This document shows positions 24,401 to 36,100 of a stretch of DNA of 64,000 bases, piece by piece. The translations under genes and the position numbers were made by a program. The DNA comes from Convolutriloba macropyga (lineage: Eukaryota). Where the stretch lies: assembly GCF_964194025.1 (NCBI RefSeq), contig NC_134471.1, positions 65,162,001-65,226,000 on the forward strand. The letters are read 5' to 3'. The notes under the pieces were generated by a model, which had not been told where the DNA came from, made no database searches, and was given only the letters and a program-made list of their open reading frames with translations. How positions within the stretch are numbered: the first letter of the stretch is position 1; each line of letters begins with the position of its first letter.

Positions 24401-27400
24401 GTTTCATAGCCAGAACCCTTCTCAAAACCAAAGTTTTCGATGCCGAGATCAGGTAGGAAACTATTTTCTTAGGAAGTTTTTTTCGAAGTTGAAAAATGGG
24501 CATTCTTTTGTTAACGCTGAAACTTTTTAGAAGAAGAAGAAAACAATTAACTTTGATTCAATGTATAATATACCAAGAGGTTGCATTTTTAGTCAAACGG
24601 CGGGGAAAAATAACAGCGCTTATTATACATTTAAAAAAGAAAATAAAAGATTAATCGCCTTGTTAGTTTCTTAAAGTTACTTTTAAATGCTAGCTTTTGA
24701 TTGGTGATGTAGTCGTAAAGCACAAAATTGACCGCATTTCTGTTCTTTGTTTAGTATTAAAAAGCATTTTAGTTTATTGTAAGAATTCTAGATCCTTTAT
24801 AATTAGATCTGATAAAAATTTGAATCCTCAGTTCAATTGCGCGTTCAAGTAATGAGAATAGGTTTTTCTTATTATTGATTAATAACAGAGCCGAGTATTG
24901 TCAATACAATAGCACAAGCGAGCTGAAAAGTTTTTCCAAATTTATTGCTGAAAAATGAACCCTACAGATTTTTTGTTTTATTTCCTACATCAATGGTGTA
25001 TGTTTTTTGAGTGAATTACTATCAGTTTAATTGTTAATTGAAAAACTATTGTTTCGCTTGAAGATGACAGATAAAGAAAAACCTTTGTCAATAATTTTTG
25101 TAATTACCTTAGTTTTTGAACAAATGATATTTATCCTTTAATGAACCATACGCAAAAATTTTATGGCAAAAAAAGTTGCCCTAAATATCTGATTAACTGG
25201 ATACAACGCAAAAGATATTAATAGCCATTAATTGTAAGAACCTTCCTCAAAAGCAGATTTTTGAAAGGAGAGGACAAAAAGGTCAAAGGGATGACTGAAA
25301 AAGAGAGCTAGACGATGTTATAACATAAAGTAGCAGACATATAACATAAAGTAGTTTGCTTGGTGTATGTTTTTTGAAAGCAATGTGCCACAAATACTTC
25401 TGACTCATGAACCAAAACTCATAGTGCAGCGCAAAAGCATCGACTAAAGCGCTTGAGAAGGACCGAAGCAAGGAACTAGCATTAAATCTTTACTTAAGAT
25501 TTGATGGATATATTCCTTTATCCAAAATATATGTTTTAGCGCATTAAAGAGCTGAAATGTTCAGAATTTTTGCTAGAATTTTGAAAAAAAAAAAAATTTT
25601 GAGATTTAAATTGCCACACCCTCAAAAGCAATTGAAATACGTAACGGGAAACTTTTTAATTTTTCAAATGTAAAAATTTAAGAAACTCTTATTTTATTAT
25701 TTTACTTCATAAATGAATGATTATTAACTTAAATTCAAACTAAAAAACTTTCATCTTGTCCGATGATTATAGATATAAGAAAAACTTTTGCTAATGATTT
25801 TTATAATTAACTTAGCTTTTGAACAAATAATCTTTATCCTTAAAGAATCGCATGCAAAATTCTTCTTGCAAAAGAAGATGCCCTAAATATCTACATTACT
25901 GGATAAAAAGCAAAAAAGAGTAATTGTTCTTAAAAGTAAGAACCTTCCTCAAAAACAAAATAATGGAGTGAGAGGATAACAAGGACACGGGGATGCCTGA
26001 AAAAGAGAGCTAGACGACGTTATTTGCATTGCAATGAAGGACACGAATAACAAGTTACAACTAGATGACGTTATATGCATCGTAAAGAGTCACCTCAAAA
26101 ATTTGTTACAAGTAGGAAACAATTTGCATGCAAAATGTAATTCACAATTGAAAAATTGAAGAAAACACGTTCACTAGTCTTACTGGATAGAGCTGTCTAC
26201 GTTTGTGATTAAAAAAAACTCTTTCGTAAACGGTAGAAAAAGCCAACAGAAAACTAAACAAAACTGAATTTTGTAGCTGCACATGCATTTAGCAGAAATA
26301 TTTTTTTGAGGGCAATAACCCTAAGTTTTCCAATTGACGAGAAACTGGCAATACTCAGCAGTCGAATATATCAACAAAAACATACGGCAGAAAAGACAAT
26401 ATCCTGAGACTCGGACATCAGGCATTGCAAAAAGAAGAATATAAGGTAACCTAAAAATACCACAAAATTGGCAGCTGAATGCAATTCTAAAGCTGTGGAA
26501 ATTCAGTAGGAGATACTAAAAATTTTTCTACATTGCCGCGGTCAATAAGGCATGGAGCCAAAAAAAACTACAAAAATTAACGGCTCTCTCAGTGATTTAC
26601 GTAGCAAAGCAAATGAAAATCTGTTTACCATCCTTCAAGGCTGGTTTTGATCAGAAACTAAAATTGCACCTGCTATGCAAAATAATTGGTGGTGGATGCC
26701 TTTCCAACTGTATTGGGCAAATTTGCAGAAGGGTATCCAGGTGGATGGATAGGAATCAGAAATTGTACTCACCTGTTGGTCAATTTGTAAGCCAGAGATG
26801 CGTCGCAGACTGGGTGTTAGATTAGGGTTTAATTAATGAAAAGCAAATGTCACAAAAACTCATGAACATTGAAGCAGTAGGCATAGGGATTCCGAAACCC
26901 TCGCTGAAGAGGCGTGATGAGTACTGAAGCCAGGGACTGATTAAAAAAACTTAGTTAAAACTGGACATGTTGTTTTGTTCAAAAAATACATCTCAGCATA
27001 TTTAATTTTTCAAAATTAATACCGCAATGATGAAATATCACTAATATCTTTGGACGGCTGAATCAATAGTAAACTCAAGTTATAAAGAGAAACAGAATTT
27101 TAGAAACTTTCTGTTTAACAAAAAAAATTCCAGGAAGCACTTCTTTCTTTCAAAAGATACATTCTTTTGGTTTTAATTCATAAATGTGCTAAAATCATTT
27201 TAACGGTAAGTTAATTAACTTGCGATTTGCCCGATGATGACAGATTAAGTAAGAATCTTTTTAAAACTGTTTGAGTTCTGGAACAAGTACTCGTTCCCTA
27301 TTAATTGAGTTAAATTAAATTTTTTAGACTAACTGGATATATTTGAAATTTTTAACTAACTGGATATATTGCAGAGTTAAAAATTTTTTAATTGTGAAAA

Positions 27401-29305
27401 CCTTACTTGAAACGCATGCTTTGTATGAAGAAGAAAAGCATGGATCGGAGATGACTGAGAAAGATTAGCTACCATCAATTGTTAATCCTTCTTTCACATT
27501 ACTTTATATTTGAAGTTACAACCACAGATAACTAGGAAAAGAAAACTTTGAAAACGAATAGGAAATTTCTTCAACGCTAATACAAGCCCAAAAATCTGCT
27601 CCATCTGGGAAATGTTTTGCATGCAAGTAACGAATTAATGAAAAAATGAGCTGGCCTTCTGAGATACTGCTGTGTACGTTGATGAAAAAAGAAATAACCA
27701 TTGTAAAGGCGATCAAAAAACGTACCTGCGCACAACTTCAGCAAAGAAAAATGTTTCTGAGGGCGCTATTTAAGCGTTTTTCCGATCTACAAAAGCATAT
27801 GGCTTAAAAAACAGTATCCTGAGTATTCGACATCAGGCATTGAAAATCAGACAAAAACATTTTTTAACCAAAACAAGACCACAAAACAGCTGAAGATTCC
27901 AGAATTATGTTACACTAGGAGGAAATACCACGCTTTTTCTACATTATAGAGGTAAATAAAACTTAAGACTGGAAAATAATATTAGATTTAAAAAATTACG
28001 GCTCATACAGTGACTTACACGAAAAACAATATCAGTTCCCGCTTACCATCCTTAAAGTCTAGCTTTTTTCAACAGCTAAAATTGCACCTGGTTTACTTAA
28101 ATTTTTGTTGAGAACGCATTGCCAGCTTTGTCGGTCCAACGTGCAGACATCTAACCACGCCGATTGCAGAGGATCACAAAAAGGACTCACATGTTTATCA
28201 GCATGCAATTCGATACTTTGGCACCTCTTGAAATTTGAATGACCTGTCTCTAGTGCAAAAATATGCCCCAAAAACTCAAGACTGTTATGCCAATAAGCAT
28301 AACACAAGAGGAACCATCTCTTAACACGCCTGACCGGAACCGCAGCCAGGAACTGACATTAAATTGTTAGTCAAACTTAGACATGTTGCTTTATTGGAAA
28401 ATTACTTTTTAGAGTATTTAAACGTTCAATCTTCAACATTATTGAAATCTTAGTTTCAAAGGAAAACATAGTTCAGAAAACATCTTTTTTTAATCGCTTT
28501 ATATCATAAAAAAATTTTATCATTTTTCTTGAATGAACAATTTGAATGATCTGTAATTTAGCTGACCATGCCAGGATAAGCAATGAACATATAATTCTTT
28601 TAATTGTCTTAGTTTTTGAACAACTAATGCTTCTGCTCTAATTTTTTTTATAGCGGATTTTTTTCTTGTGTTAGAAACTGGTTCAAAATTTTAACCGCCT
28701 GAAGACAAGTCAAAAAACAATAAATTTGTTTCAAGGCCAGAACCCTTCTCAATACCAAAGTTTTGGATGCAGAGATCAGGTAGGAAACTATTTTCGTAGG
28801 AAATTTTTTTCGAAGTTGAAAAAATGGGCACTCTTTTGTTACAGCTAAAACGTTTTAGAAGAAGAAAAAAACAATTAAGTTTGATTAAATGTATAATATA
28901 TGAAGAGGTTACATGTTTAGTCAAACGGCGGAGAAAAATAAAATCGCTTATTATACATTTAAATAAGAAAATAAAAGGTTACTCGCCTTTTCAGTTTTTT
29001 AAAGTTACTTTTGATTGGTGATGTAGTCGTAAAGCACAAAATTCAGCGCATGTGAGTTCGTGTTTTAGTACTAAAAAGCATTTTGGTTAATTGTAAGGAC
29101 TCTAGAACCTTTAAAATTAGAGCTGAAGAAAAAGATTTGAATCCCCAGTTCAATTGCGCGTTCAAGTAATGAGATTAAGTTATTCTTATTATTGAATAAT
29201 AACAGAGCCGAGTAATGTAAATACAATAGCACAAGCGAGCTGAGATGTTTTTCCAGATTTTTGTTGGAAAATGAACCTTATAGATTGTATTGTTTTATTT
29301 CCTAC
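18430..29305 (+). repeat. Tandem array of ~1.45-kb units derived from the 3' part of a Penelope-like retroelement (RT C-terminus + GIY-YIG + UTR)
   Basis: RT relics LDDVICI..NNLH and IVFLDKAVCVD; GIY-YIG relic LKTCLSSLKSGFDQKLK..GCLSNCIGQICR..NQKLYSPVGQ..KLMIIEA..RDEY*SQEL, homologous to the GIY-YIG ORFs at 54128-55040. ORF-end homologues lie at about 19750, 21210, 22660, 24030, 25480, 26940 and 28355. Confidence 0.85.
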
Positions 29306-30599
29306 AGCGATGCCCTGTAGATTACTTTACTTGAGTTTCTGTAACGTTTTCGATATTGTTTCTACCAAACCCTCTCGCAATGACATCGCTCCATTTGCTC
29401 ACCGTTGAAGGGGCTCGTTTTGGAATCTATAGACACTAGGGCGTCGACCCAGGTTGAGGTTCCATCCGGAAGTGACCTCTGATCATCCGATGTCCACGGT
29501 GTGTTCCCAGACCATAATTACAGGGTCTGGGTTTTGGTGCCGGATGGGAATAGTCTGATCAGGGGTCTGATCAGGGCTTCGGTATTCACGGAATGTAGAG
29601 TTGAGTTGGCTGCAGGCAGCTATCTGGGCAGTTATTCTCCTCGTTTGCATCTGCTTTGGTCAAAGCATCAATTGTTTTCATTTTTATTCTGTTCTATGCT
29701 TTCAAATTTTTCTTTCGGTTTGGATTTTCAAACTGTAGGAACAACTGATATTTATAGTTGTGTATATCCAAATTTTTTTTGGCACAGCTAGAATAGAATT
29801 GAAATGGTGTTGACCAAAGATATGTTATTTCTTCGTGAGCGGATTTGTAGAATTTGTATTTAATTTTGTCTTCGATAGACAAAAATTTTTCCGAAGTCAC
29901 AATGCAAAAAATAAACCAATAAATCATCAGGGGACAACCAACTTTTCTAGAGGAGTTATTTTCTGTCTATATAGAAAGGAAGTCATAAAATTACATAATT
30001 GGAAAAATTTCTCATGAAAATGATATGTTCATATTTCAAAAAACTTTAGCTTTGCAGGAAATCAGTTCGTCGTTCATGATTGTAATTGAATGGAAAACAA
30101 GAACTTTAATGAAACTTAACATAAAAGATGAGTAAAAAGGATGAGTAATGGACGGAGATATGAGCAGCCACAAAAAACATAAGGATGACGTGATTATAAG
30201 CAACTTGGACGATCATTACGAAAACACCAGACAGACAAATTGAGGTGAATTCAAGCTACACAAAATTAGACTACAAAAGACTATTGACAACTACTTTCGC
30301 CGAGCTAGACATCTATATACTTACCACATTCGTTCTTGTCAAGCTTTCTACACGCTACAAAATGAGACAAATTTTAAGCACCCATATCGACGTCATCTAA
30401 CACAGAAGCAGACAAATGTGCTTCAAAAACTTTTGCAAAAATCTCAATTCCTTCTAGGGAAATACGTAACGCATACATACTGAAACAATGACAAGTTTAC
30501 AAAAAAACCAAAAAACCCTTAAAACCTGCTAAACATTGCAACAAATTTTTCTATAAAAAGAGCAAACGTTTTCACCGTCAAACGGTTCAAGTCTTCTAG

Positions 30600-33145
30600 A
30601 AAAATTTTTTCAATTTGCATAATGAATGTTTTTTTGGTGTTGTCAAACTGTAATATTTTTTGTGAAAGGAACTTCGCAGCCCGTTGCGGTTGAGGGATGA
30701 AACGTTCATCTGTTTCGAAACTTTTATTTTTCTATATTTCAAAGTAGCCAGTTCAATGAATCGTAGTATGATATGGCGCAAAACCAAGATCGATATCACA
30801 ATCATTAACTCTATAAACCAAATTCCATAGGACAATAAGATCTGTTCGTGCTAGCTGAAAACCAAAACTCAAAATGCTTAGCCGCTTCAAGCAGTCAACA
30901 TAACTGCTCAGACCGGTAGATAGCGTCCAATTCAGACAACCAAAATGGATTGTTTCAAGTTTTTATAGATACACTGCAGAAGTGTGCAAAGTTGGAGATC
31001 CATAACAAAAGTTTTTTTTATAGAAGTTTGCCTCTGGAGACAATTACTGCTTTTGGAATATTTCGTTTCCAATTCAAATAAATTGACGCCATCGCAAAAC
31101 ACTGAATATTGTGTTTTTCCCTGGTCAGATTTTTAGAAAAACTTTTCTCAAGTCTTTGTGTTGGAAAACTGAGCCGCATCGTTATGTCTAATTGAAATGA
31201 ACGTGCATTTTTTGGGTGGAGATCTATTTCATTCAGCTGCAACCAAATTGAGAGATTTTCAATATCTTTTTGAATGTACATGATTGAGACTCACTAAAAT
31301 TTTTGACGTGTCACTATACGAATAACATTTACAATCTTCAAGCGAGTCTGTCATTTCATTAATGAACAAAATGATTAAAGCGGCGCAATGACACTACCCT
31401 GAGGGACAGCACCATTAAAATAAATTAAGAGAAACCATTATCAACTTTAAATTTCTGTATTCTACAGTCTAAATAGGAATAACAAAATTCAACGAAATCG
31501 AAATCAAAACCACAATAGGCCAATTTTATCAGGATCACATAATATGGAACGGTATCAAAAGTTTGCTGCCGTCAAAATATACCGCTAATCAGTCTGGAGT
31601 AAAAAATAGCGTTGCCACTGATGAGGCTACATACGAGACATCAAATTGTTTTTAAAATTTGAAATTTAAGAGTGCCAATAAATTCGCGCATTCTGATAAA
31701 ACGGACAAAACAATAAAGTCCCCTCCCATAGATGAATCATTTTTACAAATTTAAAAAGCAAGCATTGCAAACGCAGCTCAGCTCCAGTGAAGGAGAAATC
31801 ACTCAACGTAGTGACATCCAGTGTTTGAGTTTGAATTTTTTCAGGCACTTACCTGGCTTGAACACAGAGCTAAAAAGTCCTTTTTAACAGCTAAACTTTG
31901 TTGAAGCTCCTGCCAGCTTTGAGATCCCCGTAAACCTGTTGCATTGATATATGGAACCTGACTTAACGGAACTGAATACAGTGTCTCTGATTGTTCAAAA
32001 TTTAAATTTTGACAAACAAACATTTTTTTTTATTTGATGAATCCAAATGGTCACCTTTGCTTTTTCAGCTGAGGTATGAGCCGGAAAAAATGAAATATTT
32101 GGCGGAATTGCTTCACGATATTTCCTAAGATGCATTGCATGCCATGAACAGAATTATGGTGCACTATGTCAGTTTTTTCATTTGATGTAAACAAATTTTG
32201 ACAACGCTTAGTTGGAAAAGTCGCATCAAGTTGTTATACTGACAATTAGGACACCAGTCCACAGTTAAGAATTCAATCAATTCTTTAAAAATAATAACTA
32301 TTTGGATATTTAGCGAAGAACATGCTTAAAGAAAATTGATAACGTTTTCAGGATCTTTCATAGAGGAGAGCACTATTTGGAAGCAAACTGCTTTTTGATC
32401 ACTAAAATTTGAATCCGAAATGGAAGATCATTAGCACAGAAGAAAATCAGGTCAAGTGTATTAGCATGTTTATGTGTACCCTGATCTATGATTTAATTCA
32501 ACCTGTAATCCTTATTAAACTTCAGAAATTGCGTTGAATTGAATTGAGGTTAGCAATGATCAACCTTTTCGGGCAAAAAAAATCCCAGAGAAAATAGAAA
32601 ACCATAATTGTTAAACCCTCCAAGGGTTGGAAATTGGGGAAAACTGATCGAGGTAATCCCTGAAAAAGGCCGCCGTAGATATTGAGTTAACACTATAAAT
32701 TGATGATGCAGCTGGATTGTAGATATTTACAAGAAAACTTATTATCGAGTCTCCTAAAATTGCGTATCAGCAGCCAGCGTATCGATTGAAATTAAAAAGA
32801 ACTATACAGCAATCAAGAAGCCAGCGTGGTTACTATGATCTCTGTAACTTGTTGCAAAAACTTGTTACGTTGACGCTAGAAATAATTCTGAATTGTGTAT
32901 TTCGTTTGATAACCAAGTTTTTGAAGGAAACACGACAGAAGACTCAGATTATTCCATTAATTGGAAATTTTTTGCAACCATCAGTTGATCTGATTGGTTG
33001 ACAATTGAAACGCAAGCAATTGATATTTTGAAATCTTGAAGCTGCCTCCATGACTAGAAAACGAATAGCTATACAAAAGTCTTCGGATTTTTAATTCTGC
33101 AATCAATTCGATCTTTAACTTCCGTGTTTATTATCTCGTAGCAGA
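30600..33145 (-). mobile_element. CR1/L2-like LINE copy A, ORF2 relic (APE + RT)
   Basis: Minus-strand remnants AVPQGSVIAP (~31385-31412), VYFD..K (~31560-31585), VNIYNP (~32715-32733). Colinear with copy B (50290-52530). Confidence 0.7.
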
Positions 33146-36100
33146 TGCGGCTACTCAAAAAACCTCAGCAAAACCAAAATAACAGAGCCCGTTTTCCCAG
33201 CTTTCCGTCGGTCTGGTTCTTCACTGCGTTTCAATTGACTAATAATCCTGTCGAAACTTTTAGTCGCTCGCTCGTTTTAAAGGACTGTAATTTTAATTTA
33301 TTGATTGAAGCTGAGAATATCCTTGCTGTTAAGATATTACCAATCTTGTGCTGAATCTTGTAAGTTTCCAGTCGAATTTTAGTGTTGTTTTCAACTTTAC
33401 TTAGAACTCCAAAGATCTTATGATATAACAAAACTCAAGAAAAAAATGACTAAAGGTGAAGAAAAACCAAATTTTAGTCTATTCTGAGAGCCAACTGCTC
33501 TTGGTAACAGTTTCCTGTGAACTTCAGCACAACATGTTTTCACTATTCAAACAATTGGGTTAAAGTAAAGTATCAGTTAAATATCATTTATATCATCATT
33601 GCCACTCGTTTCTAGGCTAGGTGCCTAATTAAATATGTGATTGGAGTCAATATTTATATAGTAATTCTCAAATTACATCAATAGTTGCATTTGTTGAACT
33701 GAGCAAGTTTGATACGTACGTAACTAGATATGCTTCAAATGCTTGACAATCGAACATAAAAACACCTAAAATATCAAAAAAATAACAATTTAGGAATTTT
33801 CACACCAAATAACAAAATATCAAAAATGCACTTTTTGGACAATATAAGTGCTATTAACCACACTTGTGGGTCTGATGCGTTAACGTTCGTTAAGTCACCC
33901 ATGCTTAGAGGTCAACCTAACCGTAACCTTTGATCTCGGGTTGCTCAGGTTTTCGCTTCCCCAAATCGCGCTGTGTACAAAATTTCGGTCCTCTTGTAAA
34001 AATTTTTCAGTTTTGACCGTTTTTCAGTTTTGACAAATTGGATGTTTTCCAGTTTCAAAAATCTTAATGCTGTCTGATGGCTCTGTTTGCCTGTTTGAGG
34101 TGGCGCTAACCTTGTGCGCCCCCTTTTTGATCTCGGAAACCATCTTGTAGGTTATTGGTGCCATTTTCACCACCGGCCTGGTGAATCCTCCATGAGCCAT
34201 TTCAACTCTCGCTGATCGTACCACATCATTGCCATCTATGAAGACTTGAATAACTCATCCCACTTTCTACTCACATCGTTTCAGTGAATCATCCACCATC
34301 AAAACAAGTTCTCCTTCCATCAGTATTTGCACATCTTCATTTGACCACTTCGGTTTTTGATTCCACTGGGGAATATGTTCAAGCGTCCAATTTTTCCGGA
34401 TCGTGTCGGCATATGCTTAAGCCGTTCTGAGGATTTTCTCTGGTCGTGGTAGCGCTCTCTGGATGAAATGAAAGAAGCTTTTTTTAATCTTCGCAAGAAA
34501 TGATTGGGTGAGACTGCTCGGGTCATCAGTTACTGCTGTCAGGGGTCTTGTATGGAGAGCTTGCACTACAAGATATATTGTTGTGCTAAATAATTCGTCT
34601 GTAAGACTTCAGTTGACGAAGTTTTCGATCATGACTTTCTTGAAAATCTGAACCAGTGTGTCCCAGATTCCACCAAAATGTGGGGCTCTGGGAGTGTTGA
34701 GTTTATGCATGATCTTCATCTGTGCTAAATCAATTTGAAACTTAGCTTTTCCCCATTCGTCCAGGAGTGCATTCAGTTCCTTGGCTGCTCCAATGAAGTT
34801 CGTGCCGTTGTTGCTGATGATGTTGTTTGGGTAGCCACGTCCTGCAGTGAATCCTGTAATTGCAGCTAGACATGACTTGGTGTCCAATAACTGTGCGAGT
34901 TCGATGTTCTTGTAGTTAGACAAGTCAAGAGGCGGCATCATCTCTTCAAGTTACGTCGCAGGAGATTTACTTGATTTTTCGTAATGCGCTTCTCAATCCA
35001 ACAATCCACTATTCTTCCTCAAGAATTTTTCTCACATACTATCTGCCTTCATGTAGGTTATCGCGATCTGCTCTCTACCACAGACGTTTTACAACTGGAA
35101 GCTTCGCTGTTAATTACAAATATTTGGTTTTTGGCATTTTAATCAATGTTCGAATTGTTCAATCAATGTTCCAATCACATTAATCCGCCTTCACCTATAA
35201 AGTGTGACAATTTGGCGGTATTCAACGTTTCTCAGACTTCATTGCTGTTGGATATCGACTTTGAAACAATCGGCAAGTTTTCTGTTCATAAAAAAATGAA
35301 ACAATTTTTGCTCATCATGGTGAATCTTGTCTGCTTTGAGGGGTCCTTTTTGCTTCGTCTTAAACCAATCGCAGTAGATAATAATGTTTCTGATTCTATT
35401 GAAGCTGCTGTAGTGGTTCCAGCCAAAGGGTTTGCACAGCTTTTATTTCTGTCGCTACAGCACTGATAGCTTGCTGGTTCCAGTTTGTTCTCTTGACACC
35501 AACGCTTGAACCACAAATCTTCATCCGTTTGCTGTCATGTTCACTCTATTAAATAAACGCACTCCCGTAGTCATTCAATAGATTTTCCTCGGGTTCCAAT
35601 GTCGTCAAGTTTTTCGACATCTTTGACGTGTCCATATTGATCTGTCGCCGAGTTTTCCAGTGCTTGGGATGCTTCATTCGCAACAAACACCTCTTGATTC
35701 TTGTGAGCTGCTTGTAGTCGCTGTAGGATCTATTGTCCAATGATAAATTTTGTCAATTCTGACATTAAGTTCGCTGAGTAACTGCTTTCTGGTACGAACA
35801 CCGTGCACTGCACTGCATTCTAACTTCGTTATTGCAAAGTGTCTGATGGGTGTTATACAAATTTTCCCTTTTTCATAGCTCAACTTCAACGTCGGCTCAT
35901 CTTGCAGATATGCTATGATACACAGTGTTTATTCTGATGCATCTGTAAAGATGTGAAGTCTCAGGTTTGTGCATCCGTTTTCAAAATAAAGTCAGTTTAT
36001 AGACATCGTCCTTACTTCTCTCACAGCACCAAATTATGAACGGATTTCAGCGATCTGTTGACAACTCGTTGTCCCGTGCTTGCCCCATTGCTGCGCAACT

